A DNA stretch of 64,000 nucleotides from Candidatus Nomurabacteria bacterium. GTDB lineage: Bacteria > Patescibacteriota > Minisyncoccia > Phycocordibacterales > UBA5272. The position numbers and the translations under genes are program-made. The notes beneath the pieces are model-generated. The model made no database searches, had not been told where the DNA came from, and was given only the letters and a program-made list of their open reading frames with translations. Where the stretch lies: NCBI GenBank assembly GCA_037130925.1, contig JBAXSC010000001.1:176182-240181 (forward strand). Direction: 5' to 3'. Below are positions 46,872-55,809 of the stretch, piece after piece; positions within the stretch are counted from its first letter, which is position 1; each line of letters begins with the position of its first letter.

Positions 46872-46905
46872 AAGGACCGTCTCGAAAGGGGCGGTTTTTA
46901 TTTTT
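46872..46905 (+). terminator. terminator, duplicated at 47625-47658
   Basis: ACCGTCTC-GAAA-GGGGCGGT + T-run. Confidence 0.85.
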
Positions 46906-46945
46906 CTCAATAATGTTATAATTTAATTATTAATTAATAATTTAT

Positions 46946-47620
46946 ATGAAAAATAGATTTGAAAAAGATTTAAGAGATTATAATGATAAGCTTGTAATGC
47001 TAAATGCTTGTAATGAAACATTAAGATTGGTAATGGCTTTTGAATTTAAAAAAATATATAAAAAAGATTTAAAGGTTATAGAATTGGGTTGTGGAGAAGG
47101 ATTTTCTATTAAACCTTTACTTGAAAACACAGATTCAAATTTTGATTTGCTCGACGCTTCTAAAGAAATGATTGCTTCAAATAAGAAAAATCTTAAGAAA
47201 TTTAGTAATAGATTAAATTATATTTGTGAAGACGCTTTAGATTACTTAAAAAAATCAAACACTTATAATGTAGTTCTTTCTTCTTGGACTATTCATAATT
47301 TTGATAAAAAAGATCGCCTCGAACTTTTTAAAGAAATTTATAATAAGTTATCAAAAAATGGATATTTTATTTTAATGGATAAAGTTTATCCAGATTCTGA
47401 AAAAACAGCTAAAAGTTTATTAGATTTACAATTAAAGAGATATAAATATTTACCAAATCAAGTCTGTAAAGATATAACAGAGCATGAAATAGAAGATTTT
47501 TCTAAAGACTTTAGAATTTCTCAATCAAACCTAATCAAAACACTCAAACTTATAGGTTTTAAAGATTTAACTATAGTAGATAGAGTGGAAAGGGATATAG
47601 TGTTGGTTGCAAAGAAATAA
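46946..47620 (+). CDS. class I SAM-dependent methyltransferase (CmoA-like)
   Basis: VIELGCGEG, LDASKEM, SSWTIHN, GYFILMD. Confidence 0.88.
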   Translation: MKNRFEKDLRDYNDKLVMLNACNETLRLVMAFEFKKIYKKDLKVIELGCGEGFSIKPLLENTDSNFDLLDASKEMIASNKKNLKKFSNRLNYICEDALDYLKKSNTYNVVLSSWTIHNFDKKDRLELFKEIYNKLSKNGYFILMDKVYPDSEKTAKSLLDLQLKRYKYLPNQVCKDITEHEIEDFSKDFRISQSNLIKTLKLIGFKDLTIVDRVERDIVLVAKK

Positions 47621-47624
47621 AACT

Positions 47625-47658
47625 AAAGATCGTCTCGAAAGGGGCGGTTTTTATTTTT
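47625..47658 (+). terminator. terminator, duplicate of 46872-46905
   Basis: 28 bp identical (47631-47658 = 46878-46905). Confidence 0.85.
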
Positions 47659-47659
47659 G

Positions 47660-47740
47660 AATCACCCTGTTTCTACAAATTTTTATTTCATATTCATTCA
47701 TAAAAATTTAAGAAACAGACCTCTTTTAAGAAAGAGGTAT
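47660..47740. repeat. double-hairpin REP-like element
   Basis: CTGTTTCT..AAATTTTTAT/ATAAAAATTT..AGAAACAG then ACCTCTTT/AAAGAGGT. Confidence 0.45.
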
Positions 47741-47785
47741 TAAAATACAAAAAATATTAATTAAATTAATTTTATATTTATGATT

Positions 47786-48529
47786 CTATTCCCCCAAAAC
47801 CAATCTTTTGAATTCAATAATATTTTCATTTCTGATCTGTATTGATTCTCCCAAAATTTCCGGTTGTCTATTTGTTAAAAAATCCCAAACAGCGATGTCT
47901 CTTGCAAGTATTTCTCTGGTAAAAGTTTTTATGTTTATAAAAATATCTTGAAAATTTAATTTATATGGATATTCTGCATTGAATGCTATCGCTTCTATTC
48001 CATTTTTTCTAGCTATAAATACAGCTCTCTCATTATGAAATTTCTGAGAAATGATTGTTATTTTATTTTGATTAAATATTTCATAGCTTCGTAACACAGA
48101 GTCGAGAGTTCTTCTTCCAGCAAAATCTGAAATTATATATCCAGAATCAACTCCTAATTTTAAAAGAGAGTTTCTCATATATTTTGGCTCGTTGTATGAA
48201 GCTGTCCTATTATCACCTGAGACTATTATGTATTGTATTTTTTTGCCTTCCATTAATTCTTTTCCAGCATTCATACGAGTAGTAAAAAATTTACTAGCTT
48301 CACCAGAAAGTGTGACAGGGGATGTCCCGAGTAAAAGACCAACTTTATTATTTGGTAAATTATTTATATCAGAGTAAATAAATGGTTTTGAATAATTAGA
48401 TACATAAGAGTAAATGAATAATGAGATTATGATAAATAGAGATATTAATATAATAAGAAAAACAAAGGCTTTCTTTAATATTTTTTTGAAAGCTAGATTC
48501 TTGATCTTTTCTATTAAAATTCCTTTCAT
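47786..48529 (-). CDS. sanA: SanA/ElyC (DUF218) family protein
   Basis: LLGTS, VSGDN, YNEP, DFAGRRTLDS, SQKFHNERA. Confidence 0.88.
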   Translation of the reverse strand: MKGILIEKIKNLAFKKILKKAFVFLIILISLFIIISLFIYSYVSNYSKPFIYSDINNLPNNKVGLLLGTSPVTLSGEASKFFTTRMNAGKELMEGKKIQYIIVSGDNRTASYNEPKYMRNSLLKLGVDSGYIISDFAGRRTLDSVLRSYEIFNQNKITIISQKFHNERAVFIARKNGIEAIAFNAEYPYKLNFQDIFINIKTFTREILARDIAVWDFLTNRQPEILGESIQIRNENIIEFKRLVLGE

Positions 48530-48675
48530 AGCTTTTATTTTTAAATAATAGCAATTATTTATTAAAAAGTCATTATTATAAATATACTTGACAAATATAT
48601 ATTAATATGCTAAGATATATACAGGTTGAGATTAAGTTTATTTCAACAAAAAACATTAAAATTAAAAAAATAATA

Positions 48676-49005
48676 ATGGAAAGTACATTTAAATTTACAG
48701 AAAACAATCCTGGAAAGAAAGATCTAATTATCGATGCGAACATACATAAGTTCCTGGGAACATTATTTATCGCATTAATTATTTTTGTGACAGGTATAAT
48801 ATATACTTGTTCAAAAAATTTTGCAGAATTTGGATCTTTTGAAAAAACAATTGGAATAGATCTTATTTTATTTTTTATTGGAACGCTCGTTATATTAAGA
48901 GCCTTCAGTAAGACAATAAAATATGGAAAGAAAGCAATAACTTTTTTTCTTCCAAATGTATTATTATTAGCAATTTCAGTTTTGTTTTACATATTTTTTA
49001 CATAA
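48676..49005 (+). CDS. hypothetical 3-TM membrane protein
   Basis: ATG 48676 lies downstream of TTGACAAAT promoter at 48588. Confidence 0.65.
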   Translation: MESTFKFTENNPGKKDLIIDANIHKFLGTLFIALIIFVTGIIYTCSKNFAEFGSFEKTIGIDLILFFIGTLVILRAFSKTIKYGKKAITFFLPNVLLLAISVLFYIFFT

Positions 49006-49076
49006 TTGTAAAAAAGACTGAATTGCAATGAATGTTTCGACCTAAAAAGTTGGAGCATTTTTTTATTTTATAATTG

Positions 49077-49157
49077 TGCCGAAGGTGGGACTTGAACCCA
49101 CAAGCCGTAAGGCATGCGATTTTGAGTCGCACGTGTATACCATTCCACCACTTCGGC
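49077..49157 (-). tRNA. tRNA-Leu(CAA)
   Basis: Reverse complement GCCGAAGTGGTGGAATGG...TGCGA-CTCAAAA-TCGCA, long variable arm. Confidence 0.95.
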
Positions 49158-49243
49158 AAGTGTTGCTTTCTATAATATCATTCTAGCATATTTTGGATTT
49201 TTTTTCATGCTATAATAGCCTCATAAAAAGTTTAATTAAAATT

Positions 49244-50464
49244 ATGGCAGAGCTACAAAATGCAATTTTTTGGATAGAAACAGAAAAAATTTTACCAAAT
49301 CCATATCAACCTCGCAGAGAGTTTGATCCGAATAATTTAAAAGATTTAGCTGAAAGTATACGTCAGTATGGTGTTTTGCAGCCTCTTGTGGTGACTCGTA
49401 GAGAGGATCCACATGATGATGGATCTATTTCTGTAGCTTATGAATTAATCGCTGGAGAAAGAAGACTCCGTGCTTCAAAATTAGCAGGAGTAAAAGAAGT
49501 ACCTTGTGTTGTACGTATTGGTGATGACAATAGATCAAAATTAGAATTAGCTATTATTGAAAATATTCAAAGAGAAGATCTTAATTCTGTAGATAGAGCA
49601 AAATCATTTCAACAATTAGCAGATGAATTTAAATTATCTTGGAGTGATATTGGAAAGAAAGTTGGAAAAAGTCGTGAGTATGTTTCAAACACTGTTCGTA
49701 TTTTGATGCTTCCTCAAGAAATACTTGAAGCTTTGATTTCTGGAAAGATTTCAGAAGGGCATACTCGTCCACTTTTGATGCTTATTGATAAACCAGCAGA
49801 GCAAATTACTTTATTTAAAGAAATGCTCATGAGAAAAATGACTGTTCGTGAAGCAGAAAGTCTTGCACGCAGAGTTGCTTATGAAAAAATTCGCAAAAAG
49901 TCATTAATGGCAAATCCTGAAGTGATAGATTTAGAAGAAAAATTAGCAGAGAGTCTTGGTACAAGAGTTCATATTGAGCCAAAAGAAAAAGGAGGAAAAA
50001 TTACAATTGATTATTTCTCTTATGATGAATTACTTTCTCTTGCGACTCTTATTAAAAGAGCTGGCGTAGGAAAAACTCATGAAGGAATGTTTGATAAAAT
50101 TAGAAAAGAGATGAATTTTGATTCGGCTTCACCACTTGCGAATGCAATAATGTCAGAAATGGCAAAGCAAGAATTAGAAAATAATCCAGAGCCTATCTTG
50201 CCTTCAGTGGAAGTTGAAGAAAATTTACCAGAAGTAGTAAATCAAGAAAGTCATACTGGAGAAATTTTAGTTGAAAATAATTTCAATAATAATTTCCAAA
50301 ATCAAAATACTTTTAATAATTCAAATAATCTAAACAGTCTAAATGATTTCAGTTTTAATAATCATGAAGATTCAAAATTAGAAGATGATAGAAGTAAAGA
50401 TGAAATAAAAGCAGCAGAAGAAAGAGAAGATGATTTGTATGATATAAAAAACTTTAGTTTATAA
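49244..50464 (+). CDS. parB: ParB/Spo0J partition protein with long acidic tail
   Basis: PNPYQPRR, GVLQPLVV, IAGERRLRA, ENIQREDLN, HTH. Confidence 0.93.
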   Translation: MAELQNAIFWIETEKILPNPYQPRREFDPNNLKDLAESIRQYGVLQPLVVTRREDPHDDGSISVAYELIAGERRLRASKLAGVKEVPCVVRIGDDNRSKLELAIIENIQREDLNSVDRAKSFQQLADEFKLSWSDIGKKVGKSREYVSNTVRILMLPQEILEALISGKISEGHTRPLLMLIDKPAEQITLFKEMLMRKMTVREAESLARRVAYEKIRKKSLMANPEVIDLEEKLAESLGTRVHIEPKEKGGKITIDYFSYDELLSLATLIKRAGVGKTHEGMFDKIRKEMNFDSASPLANAIMSEMAKQELENNPEPILPSVEVEENLPEVVNQESHTGEILVENNFNNNFQNQNTFNNSNNLNSLNDFSFNNHEDSKLEDDRSKDEIKAAEEREDDLYDIKNFSL

Positions 50465-50509
50465 AAATAAAAAGCTACAAATTTGTAGCTTTTTATTTTA
50501 ATTAAATTT

Positions 50510-52057
50510 TTAACTAATAAAAAATCTATCAAGAGTACCACCAAATTCTTTTAGATAATTTTTAATATGTCTCTTTGCTAGAGCTGTAGAAGCATATTCG
50601 ATCCATTTACGAGTTGGCTTTGCATCTTCTTTTGTAATTATTTCTACTATATCTCTATCTTTTAATTTAGTATTTAGTGCTACGAATTTACCATTAACTA
50701 TAGCGCCAGATGTATGAAGTCCAACATCAGAATGTACTGTAAAAGCAAAATCTAAAACTCCTGATCCATGAGGAAGCTCTATAATATCTCCTTTTGGAGT
50801 ATGTATAAACAATTTTTTATCTAAAAATTCTTCTTTAATATTTTTAATAAAATCTTTATTTTCAGAAATGTTTTCTTGGGCTTTTAATAATTCTTTTGTC
50901 CAAGATATTTTTTCATTTAGATTTTCTATTCTGTGTTTTTGTTTTTCTGTTTTTATTTTTTCCGTATCTCCGGTTTCTTTATAAAATAAGTGAGAGGCGA
51001 TACCATATTCAGCTTCTTCATGCATTTGTTGTGTACGAATCTGAACTTCAAATGTTCCTCCTTCACCGTCAAAAACTGTCGTATGGAGAGATTGATATCC
51101 ATTAGGCTTAGGCATGGCGATATAGTCCTTAAATCTTCCAGGAACAGGCTTGTAGAGCCCGTGAATAACTCCTAGTACTTGATAACAAGTACCAAGATCA
51201 TCAACTATGATACGCATGGCTGCAATGTCATATACTTTTTGTATATCCCAATTATATTTCTTTAATTTTTCATAAAGAGAATAGAGATGTTTTAATCTGT
51301 GATCGATTTTAATAAAATTAATATTAAAAATACCAAGCTCTTCTTTTACTCTGTCTAAAATTTTTAATAGATAATCTTCAGATGAAGATTTTGTGCTATC
51401 AAACATTTCTTTTACTTTTTTATAATCTTCATGGAAAGCATAAGGAAAAGCTTTGTCTTCTAATTCTGATTTTAATCTACCCATGCCTATACGATCGGCA
51501 AGGCGAGCATGGATTTCTAGTGTTTCTATTGCTATTCTTTTTGCTTTATCTTCTCTTAAATATTGTAAAGTTGAAACGTTATGAAGTCTATCGCAGAGCT
51601 TTATAACAACGACACGAATATCTTCTGCCATTGCGATAAAAAATTTACGCATACTTTCTACATGACGCTCTACACCTTTATATTTAATTGTTCCAAGCTT
51701 TGTCACACCTTCAATTAAAAATAAAGTTTCTTTTCCGAATTCTTTTTCAATTTCTTCTTTTGTTATTTCGGTATCTTCGAGAGTATCATGTAAAAGTCCA
51801 GCCGCAATAGTAAATGTGTCCATATTTTGCTTTGTAATATTTATAGCTGTTGCTATACAGTGATTAAAATATGGCTCGCCAGAATTACGAACTTGTCCTT
51901 CATGTGCTTCTTTAGAAAAATTATATGCTTTTTCTATGTATTTTTTATCTTCTTCACTTAATAAATGTCCAGCAGGGACTGCAGAAAATATCTCTTCTAC
52001 ATCCGCTGTTAAAAAAGTTGTGTTCACATTATTTTCTGTTATTGGTGTTTCTGTCAT
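50510..52057 (-). CDS. RelA/SpoT (p)ppGpp synthetase/hydrolase (HD-SYNTH-TGS)
   Basis: HEGQVRNSGEPY, LHDTLED, DRLHN, KPNGYQSLHT, EVQIRT, TGS domain. Confidence 0.95.
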   Translation of the reverse strand: MTETPITENNVNTTFLTADVEEIFSAVPAGHLLSEEDKKYIEKAYNFSKEAHEGQVRNSGEPYFNHCIATAINITKQNMDTFTIAAGLLHDTLEDTEITKEEIEKEFGKETLFLIEGVTKLGTIKYKGVERHVESMRKFFIAMAEDIRVVVIKLCDRLHNVSTLQYLREDKAKRIAIETLEIHARLADRIGMGRLKSELEDKAFPYAFHEDYKKVKEMFDSTKSSSEDYLLKILDRVKEELGIFNINFIKIDHRLKHLYSLYEKLKKYNWDIQKVYDIAAMRIIVDDLGTCYQVLGVIHGLYKPVPGRFKDYIAMPKPNGYQSLHTTVFDGEGGTFEVQIRTQQMHEEAEYGIASHLFYKETGDTEKIKTEKQKHRIENLNEKISWTKELLKAQENISENKDFIKNIKEEFLDKKLFIHTPKGDIIELPHGSGVLDFAFTVHSDVGLHTSGAIVNGKFVALNTKLKDRDIVEIITKEDAKPTRKWIEYASTALAKRHIKNYLKEFGGTLDRFFIS

Positions 52058-52159
52058 AAATTCATTTTAACATTAAATTATGTTTTGACAAGTGTATTTG
52101 ACATATTTAAATTAAAATTATATAATACAAACAGTTACTAACTATTAAATTTGTTATTT

Positions 52160-52492
52160 ATGTGTTTACCCAGAATTCATATAGAGAGGTTAGAAAATAC
52201 CTCAGAATTCAAAGAAGTTATTTTAAATGATCCTGCAGAGTGTTATAAGGATTTTAATCCCGATTTAACAAAACCCTGGTCTAAGGGTATGTGTATTTTA
52301 ATTTCTAATACAGAATACAGTTATGTGTTTGTGGTATTAATCAGAGGTGTGCAAACTTATTTTGCGCATATTCCAAAATACAAATTTGCTAAATTTGGAT
52401 CAGATTGCGTATTTCTTGCAAAAGAAGTTGATAGAGAATTGATGAAAAATAAACAATCTCCAATTAATTTTTTTCACAAAAAAGCTTCTTAA
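52160..52492 (+). CDS. hypothetical protein
   Basis: ORF behind TTGACA promoter at 52098, opposite to both neighbours. Confidence 0.6.
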   Translation: MCLPRIHIERLENTSEFKEVILNDPAECYKDFNPDLTKPWSKGMCILISNTEYSYVFVVLIRGVQTYFAHIPKYKFAKFGSDCVFLAKEVDRELMKNKQSPINFFHKKAS

Positions 52493-52562
52493 ATCTAAAA
52501 AGAATTTAGATTTAGTAAAAACAAAGTTATTAAAAAAGCATTACAAAAATCGGTAATGCTTT

Positions 52563-54779
52563 TTATTTTTTCTCTATTTTATGAGGATTGTGATTTGGAC
52601 AAGCTTTATTTGAACATCTTTCAGGAATAGTTTTTGTACCTTGCATCATTAATTCATGACAAAGATTACAATAATTTCCAGTAGGCTTTGCTTTAATGGC
52701 TAATTTACAATCAGGATAATTTGAACACGAATAAAATACTCCAAATCTTCCACGTCTTTCTTCTATATATCCAGTCTCGCATTTATTACATTTAACTCCT
52801 GTATTTTTCTTTTGTTTTTCTTCTTCAGATTGCTCTATATATTTACATTTTGGATAATTACTACAAGCTACAAATTTTCCAAATTTTCCAGATCTTTCAA
52901 TTAACTTTCCTTTTTCACATTTTGGACAAATCTTTCCTGTATCTTTTGGACCTTCCATTATTTCTCCATCAATTGTTCTGGCGCCAGAGCAATCAGGAAA
53001 TCTTGAACATGATAAGAATTTACCAGACTTGGAAAGTTTTACTATCATCTTTGATTCACAAAGAGGACATTTAATATTTTCTGGAGCTTCACCAAAATTA
53101 TTTGTCTTTTCTATTTTATCTTTGGCTTTTATTTCTTTTTGAAATGGTGCGTAGAAATCTGTTAATAATTTTTTATAAGTTAATTTTCCTTCAGCAACTT
53201 CATCTAATTCATTTTCCATTTCTTTTGTAAAGTCATCAGAGATATATTTTGCAAAATTTTGCTCAAGAAAATCAGATACGACCTCTCCTGTATCAGTAGG
53301 TATAAGTGCTTTATTTACTTTTTCTACATATCCACGATCTTCAATTGTTGAGATTATGGATGCATAAGTAGAAGGACGACCAATATCTCTTTTTTCTAAT
53401 TCTTTAATTAAACTCGCTTCACTATATCTTCCTGGAGGAGTTGTTTCTTTTTCGAGACTTCCTAGAGCTTTTAAATTTAAATCATCACCAGCTGTGAATT
53501 TTGGTAAAGTTACATCTTCACTTTTTCCATCTGGATCAACTTTTAGCCAGCCACTAAATAAAATTACAGACCCATTTACTGAAAAATTTGGATAATCTTT
53601 TTTATTTTTTAAATTTGCTAAAACTTTTGTTCTTAAAAGTTTTGCGTCACTCATCTGTGAGGCTACTGTTCTATTCCAAATTAAATCATAAAGTCTCTTT
53701 TCATCACTATTTGCTCCAACTGATTCTGTATTTACATGTGTAGGACGAATAGCTTCATGAGCTTCTTGAGCATTTTTAGATTTTGCTTTATAAAATCTTT
53801 TTTCTAAATATTCTGGTCCATATCTTTTAAGAATTAATTTTTCTATTTCAAATACAGCAGAAGATGCAAGATTCGTAGAATCTGTACGCATATAAGTAAT
53901 AAAACCTTTTTCGTAAAGTTTTTGTGCTACCATCATTGTCTTTTTTGGAGCAAAGCCAAGTCTACTTGATGCTGTTTGTTGAAGTGTTGATGTTGTAAAT
54001 GGTGCACGAGGAGATGATTTTGCATTTGTTTCTTTTACATCTTTTATTTCCCATTCACTTTCTTTTCCTTCTTTAATTATTTTTTCAGTTAAATTTCTAG
54101 CATCATCTGCACTTAATTCTGGATTAATACCAGGCTCTAATTCACAATCAAAGACTAATTTATATTTCTTAGACTCTTTCATTTTTCCAACAGTCTCTAA
54201 TTCTGCTGAGATATTAAAATAAGTTACAGGAATAAAAGCTCTGATCTCGCGCTCTCTTTCCATAATAATACGAAGAGCAGGTGATTGAACTCTACCAGCA
54301 GAAAGTCCATAACGAACTTTTTTCCAAATTATTCCAGATAAATCATATCCTACCAATCTGTCTAGTACACGACGAGCTTCTTGAGCTTCTTTTAAATTCA
54401 TATCTATCTCACGAGTATTCTTTAATGCCTCTAAAACAGCATCTTTTGTAATTTCGTAAAATACTGCACGTTTTGATTTTTTAAGATCACAAGCTTCACG
54501 TACATGCCAAGCTATCGCTTCTCCTTCACGATCGGGGTCAGTTGCGAGAATTATCTCATCTGCTTTTTTACCTAAAGATCTTATTTCTGAGATAACTTTT
54601 TCTTTTCCTTTTGAAATTTCATATGTAGGAATAAAGCCGTTTTCAATATCGACGGCTTTTTTATTTGATTTAGGGAGGTCTCTCACATGACCTACAGATG
54701 CACGAACTGTATATTCTCCACCTAAATACTTCTCAATAGTCTTTGCTTTGCTAGGGGACTCTACAATTAATAATTTCAT
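52563..54779 (-). CDS. topA: DNA topoisomerase I
   Basis: IVESPSKAK, ATDPDREGEAI, SAGRVQS, ITYMRTDS, Zn ribbons. Confidence 0.98.
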   Translation of the reverse strand: MKLLIVESPSKAKTIEKYLGGEYTVRASVGHVRDLPKSNKKAVDIENGFIPTYEISKGKEKVISEIRSLGKKADEIILATDPDREGEAIAWHVREACDLKKSKRAVFYEITKDAVLEALKNTREIDMNLKEAQEARRVLDRLVGYDLSGIIWKKVRYGLSAGRVQSPALRIIMEREREIRAFIPVTYFNISAELETVGKMKESKKYKLVFDCELEPGINPELSADDARNLTEKIIKEGKESEWEIKDVKETNAKSSPRAPFTTSTLQQTASSRLGFAPKKTMMVAQKLYEKGFITYMRTDSTNLASSAVFEIEKLILKRYGPEYLEKRFYKAKSKNAQEAHEAIRPTHVNTESVGANSDEKRLYDLIWNRTVASQMSDAKLLRTKVLANLKNKKDYPNFSVNGSVILFSGWLKVDPDGKSEDVTLPKFTAGDDLNLKALGSLEKETTPPGRYSEASLIKELEKRDIGRPSTYASIISTIEDRGYVEKVNKALIPTDTGEVVSDFLEQNFAKYISDDFTKEMENELDEVAEGKLTYKKLLTDFYAPFQKEIKAKDKIEKTNNFGEAPENIKCPLCESKMIVKLSKSGKFLSCSRFPDCSGARTIDGEIMEGPKDTGKICPKCEKGKLIERSGKFGKFVACSNYPKCKYIEQSEEEKQKKNTGVKCNKCETGYIEERRGRFGVFYSCSNYPDCKLAIKAKPTGNYCNLCHELMMQGTKTIPERCSNKACPNHNPHKIEKK

Positions 54780-54892
54780 AAAAAGTTTTAAGTTAAAATA
54801 AAAATAGATTTAAATATAAAAGAAATACAGTAAATTAAATATGTTTTTTATTATAACACGGGAGTATACACGAGATTTTATTTTTTGCAAAA

Positions 54893-55168
54893 TTATAAAG
54901 CAATTGTATGTACAAAATTTATCATAAACAAAAAAATAGATAAAATCAAAACTAGGTTAGCTAGTATATTAAATACATATTCTTTATTCTTAATTTTGTA
55001 CCAAAAATACACTATTAATAAATCAGATATTATGAATACAGTCCATACTGTAATTGGATTATCTAAATATATTCCTCCTGGGTGAGAAATTTGTAAAAAC
55101 ATATACTCTAAAAATATAAATGCAGATGAATTTATTGTCGTTAGTATTATAGAAATTATTTTTTTCAT
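54893..55168 (-). CDS. small 3-TM membrane protein
   Basis: Three hydrophobic segments. Confidence 0.55.
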   Translation of the reverse strand: MKKIISIILTTINSSAFIFLEYMFLQISHPGGIYLDNPITVWTVFIISDLLIVYFWYKIKNKEYVFNILANLVLILSIFLFMINFVHTIAL

Positions 55169-55195
55169 ATTTGTTTTTCTTCATTATACCACTTT

Positions 55196-55400
55196 ATAAA
55201 AAACAAAAACCATACTTCTTCTTATCTCGTATTATTAATTAAATTAGTAATAATAATAGGAAATTTAAGTATGTATGGTTTTAGCTCGAGATGGTCAAAC
55301 ATCCGATAAGCATTAGCTTTTTTACCTATTTTATCCAGCATAAGCATTAGTTTGGATAGGTAAATTTTTAATCGTCGCAGTGACGGCTTGTAAGAACTAG
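55196..55400 (-). ncRNA. candidate structured non-coding RNA
   Basis: TTGCAA-N16-TATACT promoter, four stem-loops, repeated CTAATGCTTAT, terminal stem + U-run. Confidence 0.5.
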
Positions 55401-55498
55401 AAGAGTAGTATAACTCTTTTAAAATTTTTTGCAAGAAAATTATTTTATAAATAAAAAGCTTTGTATTTTTACATACAAAGCCTAAATAATTATTAATT

Positions 55499-55738
55499 TC
55501 AAATTAAAAAGAAATTACAAAAAAAGCTTTTTTTTAATAATATTTCAATTTCTTTTGAAGTATCAGAAAAATTTTTAATTAAAGGATCATTGCGATCATT
55601 AAATTCTTTACCGAATGAAATTTTCCCACATTTAATTTCATTGGCCAGCTTTTTTGTTTTTCTAGATATTATCTTTAATTTAAATATTTTTATCCATATT
55701 ATAAAAATAATAAATGGATTTTTTACTATTATTTCCAT
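55499..55738 (-). CDS. small hypothetical protein
   Basis: ATG 55738 downstream of TTGACT...TATACT promoter at ~55807. Confidence 0.45.
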   Translation of the reverse strand: MEIIVKNPFIIFIIWIKIFKLKIISRKTKKLANEIKCGKISFGKEFNDRNDPLIKNFSDTSKEIEILLKKSFFCNFFLI

Positions 55739-55809
55739 TGAAAATATTTTATTTGTTTTTAAATAAATTTTACTTATATAGTATAACATTTATTATTACT
55801 AAGTCAAGT

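Noticed and set aside
55222-55434. 70-aa minus-strand CDS
   Set aside because: Its TTG start coincides with a -35 box, and the region is better explained by RNA structure.
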